A stretch of DNA of 64,000 nucleotides. Origin: Savitreella phatthalungensis (Eukaryota). The stretch's first letter is position 1. Each line of letters opens with the position of its first letter. Where the stretch lies: the NCBI GenBank assembly GCA_051599415.1, contig AP039690.1, forward strand, positions 434,001 to 498,000. The letters run 5' to 3'. The translations under genes and the position numbers were made by a program. Under the pieces are notes generated by a model that saw only the letters and a program-made list of their open reading frames with translations, did no database searches and was not told the DNA's origin. Shown here piece after piece: positions 31,915 through 43,303 of the stretch.

Positions 31915-32261
31915 CTTGCGCTGTGTATCTCTCTCTGCCTCCTTCAGATCCGTCTCGCGAGAGATGCGCTTCGCTTATCAAGAGCAATGCGCTTGAGCTC
32001 ACGTCTCCTGAAGAGCTGTACAAGTTGAGCAGCAATGGAAATAAGATTGTGATGGTGGATGTCTTCGTTGTAGATACGCGTGACGGCGTTTGGGGTTTTT
32101 TGTTTACATTCGAATTTGAACGTGCAAAGGTAAACATATTCACGTGCATGCGTGATTGCTCAATTCCCGTAAGGGTGTACACCAGGTGCACGTACAACGC
32201 CGCTGAAGACGCGCCTGAAGCCGACACCGACAGTCTGTCTCTTCAGTAGAGGTTCAGAAGG

Positions 32262-32555
32262 ATGGAGAACCCGCATCAAGAGCAGCAGAATGCTATCATG
32301 TCCCGCATCATCGGCAATGTGGAGAAACTGAACGAGGCAGTGATCGAGCTGAACAAGTCCCTCCAGGTAAGACAACAACTGACTGCTTCAGTGAGCATAC
32401 AAATAGAGCGCAGTTGTACTGACACAAAATGATAGACTATCAACATGAATAACATGAACGTGGAGCTTGTCAGTCAGATGTGGGCGAACTATAGCCGGAA
32501 TGCTGGATTCTACTTGGAGACGGCGGCTCGACGAGAAGACAGCGACCGGGCATGA
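32262..32555 (+). CDS. DAD4: DASH/Dam1 complex subunit Dad4; 2 exons: 32262-32366, 32436-32555
   Basis: Spliced 74-aa product [63 protein letters not shown]; intron GTAAGA..CTGAC..TAG. Absent from the ORF track. Confidence 0.92.
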
Positions 32556-32683
32556 ACGACTGGGCGACCGCACAGCTGCAACACTGACCTCTGCTTGAGG
32601 ATGTACATAAACATGTTTTTCTTCATCTCTTATGCTATGCTACATGACGATCCAACCGTGGAGGAAGAGGTGAACACGTGATT

Positions 32684-34150
32684 TTACGACTCTCCGCGAT
32701 CCATGTCATCACGACCTCGCTTTTTGTTGCGATTGATTCCACCTTGTCGACCTCCCTTGTGATGATGTCCCCCTGCTGCTTTGGACGCCTGTACTTCCTT
32801 GATATCGATCATGGCTGCCCTTTGTGCTTCGGACACTCGCTCTGTTAGCAACATGACTGCTTCTTTGTCTGTCTGGTACTCCTTCATCTTCGACCCTAGG
32901 GCCTTCTCAATTCGGAGGAACAACTCGAGATCGTACTGCGTGACAAGTGAGAGAGATTTGCCCGATCTGCCTGCACGAGCCGTTCGTCCGACTCGGTGGA
33001 TGTATGATTTTGAGTCTGTGGGAATGTCAAAGTTGATGACTACATCCACGAGCGGGATATCGAGACCACGAGACGCGACATCCGTAGCAATCAAGATCGA
33101 TCGCTGACCGCTCTTGAACTTGTTCAGCGCGCCAAGACGGCTTGACTGTGACAGCTGACCGTGAAGGGGGATGGCAGGGAAGCCGAGATGGCGGAGGAGG
33201 AAGGCCAGTCGCTGCGTGTCGTTGCACGTCCGGGCGAAGATGATGGTCGATTGGCCTGCAAGCTCGTTCACGAGATACACAAGGTACGTGTCCTTGAATT
33301 TGAACGGGAAGAACAAATAACTCTGAATGAGTGTGTCGACAGTGCTGTACTTCGACGAGACGGCCACTCTGACAGGACTGCTGAGCGATGCCCGTTGTAG
33401 TTTCTCGACTTTCGATGTCATTGTGGCTGAGAACAGGTACGTGTTGCGCTCTCTCGGGATCACCTTGAGGATCTTGTCAATCATCGGTCCGAAGTCCATG
33501 TCAAGTAAACGGTCTGCTTCATCAAGCACGAGATACTTGAGGGTTCGTAAGGAGAACCCTTTCGTGTTCTCGAGGTGATCCTGCAGACGGCCTGGAGTGC
33601 AGACGACGATGTGAGGTTTCTTCGATAATGCGATCGCCTGCGAGACCATGTCCATACCACCGACGATGACGGCACATCGCAGTCCAAGCGATCCACCGAG
33701 CGCTTCGAATTGTTCGGAGATCTGGTATGCTAGCTCACGGGTGGGAGCCATGACACACGCGAACAGCGGCGATGGCTTTTCCCATAGCGCCTGAATGATT
33801 GGGATGGCAAAAGCAGCTGTCTTTCCGGATCCTGTCTGCGCAAGTCCGATGATATCCTTGCCTGCGATGGCGTGAGGAATACTCTCTGCCTGGATCGGTG
33901 AAGGGTGTTTGTATCCGATCTTCTCAATAGCCTCGCAAAGCTCTTCGATGACGCCTAGCTCGCGGAATGTGGTAGACTTAGCAGTCTCGACGGGTGAGTC
34001 GTCATCACCAGTGCTTGTAGCTTTATCAGTGGTCGCTGATGGCTCATCGGATGAGTCTGGTGTAAGTGCGGGTGGTGCAGCCGCAGCGCGCGCCTTGTCT
34101 GCAGGAGCATCACTGAGCTTGCGCTTCTTATGTCCGTCAACAGAAGGCAT
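32684..34150 (-). CDS. RRP3: DEAD-box rRNA helicase Rrp3/DDX47
   Basis: [41 protein letters not shown], and Rrp3-like [11 protein letters not shown] and C-terminal RDDMDRGE. Confidence 0.95.
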   Translation of the reverse strand: MPSVDGHKKRKLSDAPADKARAAAAPPALTPDSSDEPSATTDKATSTGDDDSPVETAKSTTFRELGVIEELCEAIEKIGYKHPSPIQAESIPHAIAGKDIIGLAQTGSGKTAAFAIPIIQALWEKPSPLFACVMAPTRELAYQISEQFEALGGSLGLRCAVIVGGMDMVSQAIALSKKPHIVVCTPGRLQDHLENTKGFSLRTLKYLVLDEADRLLDMDFGPMIDKILKVIPRERNTYLFSATMTSKVEKLQRASLSSPVRVAVSSKYSTVDTLIQSYLFFPFKFKDTYLVYLVNELAGQSTIIFARTCNDTQRLAFLLRHLGFPAIPLHGQLSQSSRLGALNKFKSGQRSILIATDVASRGLDIPLVDVVINFDIPTDSKSYIHRVGRTARAGRSGKSLSLVTQYDLELFLRIEKALGSKMKEYQTDKEAVMLLTERVSEAQRAAMIDIKEVQASKAAGGHHHKGGRQGGINRNKKRGRDDMDRGES

Positions 34151-34439
34151 ATCTGAGGAGTTGACCCTGAGGAATGCGCCTCTCAAAGATGCTTGATGTG
34201 CTTAAAGTGTAGCTGATGTGATGGATTACCAACAGTGCCTGAAGAGAGTTTGATCGTTCATTTTCGTGCACGTGTATTTTATTTGCCCCATCAATTGTCA
34301 TCACGTGTATATGATCAGCTAGACGGGACATACCCTCCGTTACTTACAGATCCTTCCTATATATCTTATCCAAATACTGTACGTACTCTTTACTCGAAGT
34401 ACGCTGACGCCTAGCTGTGCAGCGATTTGTGGGCTGGAA

Positions 34440-37400
34440 TCAAGGGTCCGCTGCAGCGGTGAACGCTTCGGACACGGCTGCAGCTGTCGGTGCTTGCGGC
34501 GATTGAGGCTCTGTGATGGTTTGTGGTGCCGGAGTTTGTGCATCACTGTACTTTGGTGACGCAGGCATGTCTTCCATCTGAACATCAGCTTCATCTGACT
34601 GCAATCTTGATAGCTCGCCCGCATGGAGCTCTGCAGCTGGTAGTAGCCCATGGGCGTTCTGCGACGCTGCGCTGGTTGCTGTCGTCTTGTCATTGTCACG
34701 AGCGGTCTCTTCCTTCTCGGTGTCTGCTGTCGAAGGCTGGATGGCCTCGTTTCCGAGACCGGAGTCTGCTCTGAGTCGTGCTGACATTCTGGCGGACGAG
34801 TTCGGAGCGGCCACTGGATTGTTGCTTCCAGAGACTTCGTTCGCAGAGCCTTTCGGCTTGCAAAGTGCGAATGCGCGTGCCAGCATGTCCTTCCGTGCCA
34901 CTTTCGCCAGCTTCAGCTTCGCTTCCCTGAGCCTTGACCTTGCACTGCGACTCGATGGAGCAGCTGCCGGAGTGACAGGTGTGTCGTCCGCGGTAACAGT
35001 ATCATTTGCACCGGTTACGGCCGGAGGGCCAGGCGACGCGGTTGGTGCAGTGATCGTAGCTTCGATCTTGATCTCCTCCTCTGCCGGCGGCGCCTTGACC
35101 AGTCCTAGTTGGAAATCCGTCTGATCTTGTACCCACATATACATGGTCACATACATGTCTAGGATGAGGTTGTCGGCCTCATTTGTTTCTGAAAGACCGC
35201 CGTTGACTTTGCGCATGTCGTAGAGGTCGCGCATGGTCTTGAGGAGCGTTGATCGGGCGAAGGTCGGCAGGAGTGCTGCATTGTCGAGACGGGTCGCAGC
35301 TTGCTTGAAGTCTTCAAGCATGATGATATTCTCGAGCTCGAGATGAAGACCCGACTCGATCTGCTCCTGTTCAGCAATGTAGTCGAGATAGCGGTCGAAT
35401 GACTCGTCCCAGACCTCCTTGTGATCCCAAATGTTGGACGTGTCGCGCCGAATGCGTCGAAGGAAGCTGCGAATACAATCGACAGCGTCCGCGCCCTCCT
35501 CGCCCGCCGCAGCCGCTCCGGCTTGAGGGTTACGTGCTCTGAGGAGAAGATCCATGTAATAAAGACTGTACTTCTCCATGTAGATGAAGTGCTTGCCTGG
35601 CCGCTCGAAGGCTGTGCGCCAGATCGTCAGCACGCTTGTGACAGGGCCTTTTTGGGTCATCAGTGACTCGAAGGTCTCTCTTGCGAGCTGGAGCTCGCGT
35701 TTGGCAACGATCAGATCGGGAGCCGCTATGGAACGCTCAAGGTGAAGAGTACTCAGTCGATAGGTTGGTCGGTGATGCCAGTGCTTTTTGTCTGCGTTGC
35801 GCATGTTCTGCAGGGCTTTCTGCAGGAGGTCGAGGGCGGTTTGGTCGTCTTCGGGAACAGACCCATAAGCAGGCAGATTTGCCAGCCTTTGCCGCGCTTC
35901 TGATTCAGTCAGACAGCCGTTACGCAGGTATGCATGGATTGCAGAGACGTGGTTGTAGTGTGGCTCGAGGACAAGCATGCCGTCTCCGATTGGTTTTGTC
36001 GGGGCATTTTCAGCAGCTCTGCGCATGTAAGCCAGAACTTTCGAAGGCTCGACGCCCAGCCGACGACCGACTTTGCCAAGGTGCATATGGCATTGCCAGA
36101 TCTCCGTGCATCGCATGTTAGCACGACGAAGACACGTGTAGGCGAGTCTGAGGAGCTCTCGCTCTGTGGCTGCCGACTTTGTGCGAGAGCCAGGGTCGTT
36201 CTGACCGTCCTGTGCAAATACAAGGTCTTCGCGATCGAAAGCAGCCATCGATAGAGGGCACTCGACCACGTCCACCAGAAACACACCTAACTCGAAATGA
36301 AGATCCGCGAGCTCTCGCTCGATGTGCGGTTTGGTCTCGTCTGCTTGGATGATGTTAAGCGTGTTACTGATGGCCATGAGGTAGCAGAGGAGTGCGCGGC
36401 GCTGGAAGCCGACAATATCTTCTTGAAGAGAGACGATATATTCGCAGGTTGTCGAGAGATTTTCTTCGGCGGAAGTAGCGTACAGGCGGGCGAGCTGGAT
36501 CCAGGACTCGTGTTTTGCAGGGTTGAGCTGAATATCTAGCTCAAAGTATGCGGAGGCTTCTGAGATGTCCTCGAGAGCACGCGCATTTGGCGTGGCCAGT
36601 TTTGCGCGGGACTTGAGCTGACCGAGATATGCACGACCGATAGTACGTGCCAACTCTCTGGCCGGTCCCGCAGCCGCGTCATCCACATCTTTGAAGCCGA
36701 CTTGGCGTAGTGGGAGTGTCAGCTGCCCGACGACTGCTGCGGCTATCGCTTCGCGTGTGAGGTCTGCTGCAAAGAAGTCCTCGAGCACTGCGCCGTTGGT
36801 TGCGTATACGGGATCCTGCTTGAGCTCTTCTTGGAGAGCCTCATGGACAAGCTCGAGCGCGTTGCGCAGATCTTGCTTCGGCATAATGAGTCCGTCTGCT
36901 CTTTGCGGAACAAAGGTTGTCAGGAAAGGCAGAATGCGGCACGCTTCTTTGGCTGAGATGGAACTTGGCTCAGTGGCGTGGTCCCACGGATAGAATGCAC
37001 CGCTCTCAAAAGAGATGCCGTACCGACAGTGTAAGACTTGGATGAGATCATGCTCATTGTCTGCACTGTTGATGCGGTAAATTTCGTCCTCGCACAGCTT
37101 GAGAAAGGCGCCGTCCGCAAGTGCACAAAAGCCTCGCGATCCAAGCTCGTCGTGAAGAACGTAGAGTAGGTTGCCGAGTTCCTCATTCGCCTGCTGTGTC
37201 GGTAAACATGACAGTGTAAGCGTCGCCGTAAGCTTATAGAAGACGACCCACACCTGGAGAGAGAAGTGTTGCAAGTTATCTCTAAATCGAGCGAATAGAG
37301 AGGAGTCCTTTGAGCCGTGATCGTCTCGCTCGGCGCGCAGATCTTCGTCGTGGAAGAAGATGACACTGAATGATGCTAGACTGACAATGACCGAAAGCCT

Positions 37401-39881
37401 ATCCCTGAGGGTATCGTTGTTGGTATCGGACTCATTGCTGCTGACTTCTCGACGGGTGTAAATGACAGGCAAGGTTCGAAGAATCTGGTGAATGACGAAG
37501 AGGAGGAGATCCTTGCGCTGAGCGACATCGAGTGAAGCTGCCTGATCCGCAGAAATGGCTCGCAAGAGGATCTTTAGAATTTCGTATGCTGTCGTGACAG
37601 CAAGTGCATCTTGATCCGTGGTGATCAGCGCATCCATGAGCATTGTCCATATCCGCAGAGAGAACCTCCAGGGTGCATCTGCGACGTACTTCTGAATTAG
37701 CGCGCGGTTGGAGTCTTTGTCCTTCTGGGCGTCGAGAAGCACAGGTCGTAGTTCCTTGACGACTGCCGCGTGATTGCCTTCGGCGTCGGCATGGAAAACT
37801 GTGGCGAAGAAGTCACCGGTGCGGAATTTTGAGATCTCGATGAGCAGGCGCTCTCCGGAGAGTGTGGAAATGAAGGTGGTGTTGGGCATCGCTATGCGGA
37901 CTGTCGCGAGGAGATCTGAGGATTGCGACTCGAGCTCTTGATATTGACGGAGTACGCAATCTGAATCGAGGCCGGAGAGCTGTCCTGCCACTATGCAAGA
38001 CCACCGATGACGGAGTAGAAGGGCATCAAGTGTATCCGTAGATGAAGCAGCAGGACGATCCTGCTGAAGCCTGTGGAGGTCATCTACCTTGCGCTGCCAT
38101 GCCTCTGCGCGACTGAGCGCAGGAGTTGGCGACTGGTCTTCGTCTTTGCGCGCTTCAATGATAGCCTCATCTATAAGGAGCTCGACCGCAGCCTGCAGTA
38201 CTGATAGCACAGATTGAAATTGCGCTGTAGCGCTGTGCTCTGTCAGGCTGTCTGCGAGACGCATCAGAGAATCCTGCTCGACGTGAATGAGGTCTGTGAC
38301 GAGGTCCTTCAGTTGTGCAGGCCACGCCATAGTGAGGTAGGACGGTGTTTCATGGGCGCCGCCGAGAATGGTCTGTAGGTATACTGCGCTGACGTGTGTA
38401 TTGTGGGTGGGCTTACCTGCGAGCGTGCGTCTTAAATGCTCGAGATCCGCATCGGACATGGAGACCGAGGGCAAAGAGGTGTCCGTCGATGCAAAGTTCA
38501 GCATCATATTCCGCTCGATTGTCTGGGTGGCATGCTGAGTAGCGTCGTCCGTCTGGGCTTGTGCGCGAGCACACAAGTCATCGGACCACTCGTGCAACAA
38601 CATGCTGCTGAGCACATTTTGGACAGCGTCGAACGCACCGTGAGCATCGGCGTCGTGCAGTACGACGTTGCGGAAGACAGCGCTGAAGTCGTCACATTTG
38701 ACGTCGACACTGGTAAGCCTGTCGTTGACAGCTTCTAACAGCTGCGACGGGTTCTCCGTGTCGTGAGCGATCCGCGCATCGACCGAGTTGCGCCGCTGAC
38801 GCTTAGATGCGCGCAAACCACTGTCCTCTGTGTCGGTCGAGTCGACGCCGCGCTTGGTAGTCGGCGATCGAGTTCCGAGTCCGTTTGCCCGTGCCTCCTT
38901 CCTATCTCTGCGCGGCGAGCCATTCAAGTTAGCAGGGCTATCTGCTCTTGAGTGGTGCGATTTGCTGTCTGGTGAGGTCGGCACGGCAGATCCCGAGGAA
39001 GACTTCGCTGGAACGTCGACGATAATGCAGCATGGCTGTGGTGGCATTGTACGGCGTAGAATGCGCTGGCCTTCGAGTAGGGATCTGCCAAAGCGATACC
39101 AACTGAGGTGGTCCAAGTCGATCGAGCTAGTATGTAAAGCTGGAGCAGACGACACTGGCACTGGCGGGAAGTGCTTCGGCAGCCAGGACAGTGTATCGCG
39201 ATGGGGTGGTCCGTTCTCTCCGTTGACCTCGATTGCTGGGAGTATTGCTAGTCCACTCTCGTCGCCAAGCCTCGAACAGACTGTCCGCAGACCTGCTAGA
39301 ACAGGCTGTAACTCAGCGTCTCTGTCTTCGTCCACAAAGAAACTCCTGACTTCATTGGCCTTGACTGCATCTAGCTCGTTCTCGAGGGTAGCTCGAACTG
39401 CTTTATCTAGCGATAGGTATGTGGCGAGACTGTGGACAGTCTGCCAGAGCCTTCTGTCTGACGGGTCAAATGACAAAGCAGCCGCATATTCCTGGAGCAC
39501 GTGTAGAAGCTTTGCGTAGAGGAGTTCTGGGGGCGACAGGAGGTGTGGTAGATCACGACGTGTGGATTGAAGGAGCGCGGTGCCGTAGTTCTTGAAAGCG
39601 AGGTACGGCAATCGGCTTCCGGCGATCGCGTCTCCTCCGAAAACGTCATCCTCATCACCGACAGGCTCTTCGTCTGGACCATCTTCGATCAGGTCCTGGA
39701 CAATCTCACTAGCGAGCAGGGCCTCGTATCCGTGGAGAGCTTCATCGAGACTACCTGCAGCGTGGAGACGAAGGGTCTTCTGGTAATGCTTCAACGCTTC
39801 CTCTAGCTTGACTTCACGAATGTGCTCATCGATGTCGTCTTCTGTCTCCTCGATCCGGTTGACCGGCGTGAACGAGGACAT
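34440..39881 (-). CDS. HIR3: HIR histone chaperone complex subunit Hir3/Hip3 (Cabin1-like)
   Basis: 1813 aa; N-terminal REVKLEEALKHYQKTLRLH and YLAFKNYG, plus LEPHY, DKKHWHHRPTYR and IWRTAFERPGKHF. Confidence 0.88.
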   Translation of the reverse strand: MSSFTPVNRIEETEDDIDEHIREVKLEEALKHYQKTLRLHAAGSLDEALHGYEALLASEIVQDLIEDGPDEEPVGDEDDVFGGDAIAGSRLPYLAFKNYGTALLQSTRRDLPHLLSPPELLYAKLLHVLQEYAAALSFDPSDRRLWQTVHSLATYLSLDKAVRATLENELDAVKANEVRSFFVDEDRDAELQPVLAGLRTVCSRLGDESGLAILPAIEVNGENGPPHRDTLSWLPKHFPPVPVSSAPALHTSSIDLDHLSWYRFGRSLLEGQRILRRTMPPQPCCIIVDVPAKSSSGSAVPTSPDSKSHHSRADSPANLNGSPRRDRKEARANGLGTRSPTTKRGVDSTDTEDSGLRASKRQRRNSVDARIAHDTENPSQLLEAVNDRLTSVDVKCDDFSAVFRNVVLHDADAHGAFDAVQNVLSSMLLHEWSDDLCARAQAQTDDATQHATQTIERNMMLNFASTDTSLPSVSMSDADLEHLRRTLAGKPTHNTHVSAVYLQTILGGAHETPSYLTMAWPAQLKDLVTDLIHVEQDSLMRLADSLTEHSATAQFQSVLSVLQAAVELLIDEAIIEARKDEDQSPTPALSRAEAWQRKVDDLHRLQQDRPAASSTDTLDALLLRHRWSCIVAGQLSGLDSDCVLRQYQELESQSSDLLATVRIAMPNTTFISTLSGERLLIEISKFRTGDFFATVFHADAEGNHAAVVKELRPVLLDAQKDKDSNRALIQKYVADAPWRFSLRIWTMLMDALITTDQDALAVTTAYEILKILLRAISADQAASLDVAQRKDLLLFVIHQILRTLPVIYTRREVSSNESDTNNDTLRDRLSVIVSLASFSVIFFHDEDLRAERDDHGSKDSSLFARFRDNLQHFSLQVWVVFYKLTATLTLSCLPTQQANEELGNLLYVLHDELGSRGFCALADGAFLKLCEDEIYRINSADNEHDLIQVLHCRYGISFESGAFYPWDHATEPSSISAKEACRILPFLTTFVPQRADGLIMPKQDLRNALELVHEALQEELKQDPVYATNGAVLEDFFAADLTREAIAAAVVGQLTLPLRQVGFKDVDDAAAGPARELARTIGRAYLGQLKSRAKLATPNARALEDISEASAYFELDIQLNPAKHESWIQLARLYATSAEENLSTTCEYIVSLQEDIVGFQRRALLCYLMAISNTLNIIQADETKPHIERELADLHFELGVFLVDVVECPLSMAAFDREDLVFAQDGQNDPGSRTKSAATERELLRLAYTCLRRANMRCTEIWQCHMHLGKVGRRLGVEPSKVLAYMRRAAENAPTKPIGDGMLVLEPHYNHVSAIHAYLRNGCLTESEARQRLANLPAYGSVPEDDQTALDLLQKALQNMRNADKKHWHHRPTYRLSTLHLERSIAAPDLIVAKRELQLARETFESLMTQKGPVTSVLTIWRTAFERPGKHFIYMEKYSLYYMDLLLRARNPQAGAAAAGEEGADAVDCIRSFLRRIRRDTSNIWDHKEVWDESFDRYLDYIAEQEQIESGLHLELENIIMLEDFKQAATRLDNAALLPTFARSTLLKTMRDLYDMRKVNGGLSETNEADNLILDMYVTMYMWVQDQTDFQLGLVKAPPAEEEIKIEATITAPTASPGPPAVTGANDTVTADDTPVTPAAAPSSRSARSRLREAKLKLAKVARKDMLARAFALCKPKGSANEVSGSNNPVAAPNSSARMSARLRADSGLGNEAIQPSTADTEKEETARDNDKTTATSAASQNAHGLLPAAELHAGELSRLQSDEADVQMEDMPASPKYSDAQTPAPQTITEPQSPQAPTAAAVSEAFTAAADP

Positions 39882-40272
39882 GCTCAGCGACCGATTTATC
39901 TACACGGCTTGCGCCTATCACTCGCGCATGGGAACTGCGCAATAATTCTACACGAGCAGGTATAGCCCAAGCATCTGTCAGCGTAATCAGCGTCACTGTA
40001 TCTATGAGCTCTTGAGGTTGATCATCAAGTGTTATAGATGGTGATGATGTATGTCAGTGTGCATCCTTGTAAAGGGAAAGTAGAGTAGATGTGCGTCTTG
40101 AATACTGTGCATCTTCAAAGGTGATCGAGTGACTGCCGTGAAGAGTGTTTGTTTGATCACGTGTATGACATCCATTAATACAGGGGGACATCATCCTTGA
40201 ACGGCGTGAAAGTATCTAACGCCATCCACAAGCTAAGGCCCTCTCAGAGAGGGCAGTAACGATCAGTCCCCG

Positions 40273-40851
40273 ATGTTCGTGCTGTCACGGATTGAGGATG
40301 TTGTGAGATTGGCGCCTGACTCGTTCTCGTCGTCTACGGAGCTTGCGCTAACGCGAGCGATCAACGGCAAGTTCGCAAACAAGGTGGTTGACGGATTGGG
40401 CCTGTGTGTATGCCTCTACGATATTGTCGGCGCGACCGATGGGACTGTGAAGGCTGGTGACGGTGGCGCATACTTGAATGTCGAGTTCACGCTCGTCGTG
40501 TTCCGACCGTTCCGCGGTGAGGTCCTGACTGGGCGAGTGGCAGGGTACGATGGCGGTGGGATCAAGGTGTCCCTAGGATTCTTCGACGATATTCACATTC
40601 CGCCCGGTAAGCTGTTTGCTGGAATGAGCTACGACCTGGCCGCTCAGGGATATGTATGGACGACAGATGATGGGGAGAAGCTGGACATCGTTGTCGATGA
40701 CACCGTTAGGTTCAGAGTCGATCACGACCGTTTCCACGACTGTACCCCAGGGAAGAAAGGCGAGGCGATGGATCCAAAGCTCGCTCCTTACAGCATCATT
40801 GGCGCAATGGATCGGACTGGACTGGGTGTGACTGGCTGGTGGGCAGAGTAG
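40273..40851 (+). CDS. RPC25: RNA polymerase III subunit C25 (RPC8)
   Basis: INGKFANKVV..LGLCVCLYD, VVFRPFRGEVLTG, SLGFFDDI.IP and GLGVTGWW. Confidence 0.94.
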   Translation: MFVLSRIEDVVRLAPDSFSSSTELALTRAINGKFANKVVDGLGLCVCLYDIVGATDGTVKAGDGGAYLNVEFTLVVFRPFRGEVLTGRVAGYDGGGIKVSLGFFDDIHIPPGKLFAGMSYDLAAQGYVWTTDDGEKLDIVVDDTVRFRVDHDRFHDCTPGKKGEAMDPKLAPYSIIGAMDRTGLGVTGWWAE

Positions 40852-41098
40852 GACTTGGAGAGGCATCCCTTGTCCCTGAAGGGGATTTGGCTGACGAGAA
40901 TGACGAGATTGAACGACCACGAACGGCACTGACGACAACGGCAGATGGAGATCCATCCTCAGGAGCATTTGCATGAATAGAGCAGAGTGACATAAGTAAA
41001 GTGTACATTATCTACATATACAGGAGATCGTTATACCTTGCGGTGTGCTGGTGTAAGGTTGGTGTGTTATGCCGTAGACTTCAGAGTAGTGGGCCGCC

Positions 41099-42109
41099 TT
41101 AGAAGAGCTTCCTCGCGATCTTCGCGCGGTCCTTCGCTCCGTCACCGAGATGGTCTTCCGGTTTTCTCTTTAGATCTTGTGCTACGCTGGCAAGACCGCC
41201 TCCCTTTTTCGGTAGTTGCTCTGGAGGTGTAGGTCTCGGGAGGTTTGTGAAGTAGGGATGCCTGAGTATTTGCAAGGAGGTTGGACGCTTGAGTGGGTCT
41301 AGTTTGAGGAGGGTGTCGAGGAGATTGAGTTCGTCGTCGCCTGCTGCGGAGAAGAGGGCTCGCTTGTCTGGCTTCGGGTACATGTGTGCTGGCTCTGCGT
41401 AGTGCGGGAGATCCTTCATCCCTGGCCAGTCTTTCACCGTCGGCGTCCCTAGGGCACGGTAGATCAGGTCAAGTTGGCCAAGGTCATTCTCTCCGGGCAT
41501 GTACGGCGTTCGCAGGAGCAACTCAGCGAAGATGCAACCAACAGCCCAAACATCCACACCGTGGCCGTACGCCCTGGCACCCAGAAACAGCTCCGGTGCG
41601 CGATACCAGTGCGTGACGACTTGTGGAGACATGTTCACGTAAGCTGAGCCAAAGTCTCTTGCGAGACCAAAGTCTGCTAGCTTGAGGACGCCATTAGCGT
41701 CAAGCAGGAGGTTGTTTGGTTTGAGATCTCTGTGAAGAATGAATCTTGCATGCAGGTGGAGGAGTCCTCGCATGGTCATGAGCATCCACGACTTGACGTC
41801 TGAGGGTGAGAAGAGGATTGACTTGTCTTTGATGAGATGCTCGAGATCGGCGACGAGGTACTCGAGGATCAAGTTCAGATTCTGTTTCTTGTAGTACACG
41901 TCGACGAGCTCAATGACGTTCTCGTGCCGTAGCTCACGCAGGAACTTGACTTCCCGGATAGCAGACATGTCAAGTCCTTCCTTGAATTGTCCTAGCTTGA
42001 TCTTCTTGATGGCTACAGCCCTGCCTGTCGACACCTGGACGCCAGAGTACACCACCGCATACGTACCTTCACCTAGCTTCTCTTTCTTCTGGTAATCCTC
42101 TGCGGCCAT
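41099..42109 (-). CDS. KIN28: CDK7/Kin28/Mcs6 TFIIH kinase
   Basis: GEGTYA, GLDMSAIREVKFLREL, HRDLKPNNLL, ADFGLAR and LLLRTPY; ATG at 42109. Confidence 0.93.
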   Translation of the reverse strand: MAAEDYQKKEKLGEGTYAVVYSGVQVSTGRAVAIKKIKLGQFKEGLDMSAIREVKFLRELRHENVIELVDVYYKKQNLNLILEYLVADLEHLIKDKSILFSPSDVKSWMLMTMRGLLHLHARFILHRDLKPNNLLLDANGVLKLADFGLARDFGSAYVNMSPQVVTHWYRAPELFLGARAYGHGVDVWAVGCIFAELLLRTPYMPGENDLGQLDLIYRALGTPTVKDWPGMKDLPHYAEPAHMYPKPDKRALFSAAGDDELNLLDTLLKLDPLKRPTSLQILRHPYFTNLPRPTPPEQLPKKGGGLASVAQDLKRKPEDHLGDGAKDRAKIARKLF

Positions 42110-42360
42110 AGCTGATGACCTTTCTAGAGGCTTAGATTCCAGTGTTCTGTACTCAGAGATTGAGCCCTGTCTATGGAGCGAGCATACTCGAGGTCTTGCG
42201 CTTGATCTGACTACTGGCTTTCTGTCTCTCGTCTGTCCGCTTATCCTGTGAGACAATAATTCTTGAACCTCTCTCCACACACAAGCAAGACGATCAAAGA
42301 AGAAAAATTACACACTACTCGCCTTCCTCTCTACACACATCCTCTTCTACACTAATATCC

Positions 42361-43182
42361 ATGCTGCCAAGACGGTACCTCGGAAGCTCTCTTCGGGCGA
42401 CGCTTTCTCGCGCTTCGACTCGGCTATGTGCTTCGCCTGCTCTACAGCCGTCTGATGGTTGCGCTGTGGCACGGGTACGTGTATCTGGGACGCAGACTTT
42501 TGGTCGCGGGATGGGATACCGAGCTCGGGAGGCTGATGGTGCGGTCAAGCCGTCTCGGCAGTTGGATCGAGCGCCATCGGATGCAGGTGCTGCTCACCGG
42601 CTGATGGAAGCAGGTGCCGGGTACTTGGTCGCTGAAGGGTCGCGCAAGGGACACTTGCCATCGACTGCGTCCGTCAGGACGGACTTGCCTAGTGGTGGCG
42701 CTCAGGGACAGTTGTTTGACGATGTGCTTGTGCTACAGATTCTCACGCACAAGTCGCTCGATCACGGCAGGCAGCCGTACAACGAAAAGCTCGCGATGCT
42801 TGGTGGACAGCTGTGTAGGCTGTGTTTGGCGTCTGAGTTGATGAGGTCGTCGCCTGAGATGCTGGCTGATGAAGGCGCGATGGAGGCGATTGAGAAGGGT
42901 TCAAGTGCTTGGGCGCTTGGCGGTCTCGCGGATGTTGTCCTTCCTGGAGTCAGGCCGCTGCTTCGATGGAAGCCGAGGGCCGAAGGCAATATTCTGCGTT
43001 CCGGTGAGCGCAAAGTCGCTGGAAACGCCGTCGCAGCGCTTGTAGGTGCCCTCGATCTCAGGTACGGGACCGTTGTCGCTAGAAAATTCGTCGAGGACAA
43101 GCTCGTTGCGCTCCTCGTCACAGAGATGCGGCAACAGCAACAGGAACAGAAACCGGCACAAGCACAAGCATCAGCAGTATAG
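42361..43182 (+). CDS. MRPL15: Mitochondrial large-subunit ribosomal protein with RNase III-like domain (mL57/MrpL15)
   Basis: Arg/Ser-rich presequence-like N-terminus; LTHKSLDHGRQPYNEKLAMLG, LRWKPR...SGE and ALVGAL.L.YG..VA. Confidence 0.8.
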   Translation: MLPRRYLGSSLRATLSRASTRLCASPALQPSDGCAVARVRVSGTQTFGRGMGYRAREADGAVKPSRQLDRAPSDAGAAHRLMEAGAGYLVAEGSRKGHLPSTASVRTDLPSGGAQGQLFDDVLVLQILTHKSLDHGRQPYNEKLAMLGGQLCRLCLASELMRSSPEMLADEGAMEAIEKGSSAWALGGLADVVLPGVRPLLRWKPRAEGNILRSGERKVAGNAVAALVGALDLRYGTVVARKFVEDKLVALLVTEMRQQQQEQKPAQAQASAV

Positions 43183-43303
43183 GGAAAATGCAGCATAGTC
43201 ATTAACGTACGTCTCATATGATGAGGGAGATGTGTATGCGTGTCGGCGCATGTGTATGCACGCGCTATATGTTGAGGTAGAAGCAGGTAACGAGATTGAT
43301 TTT

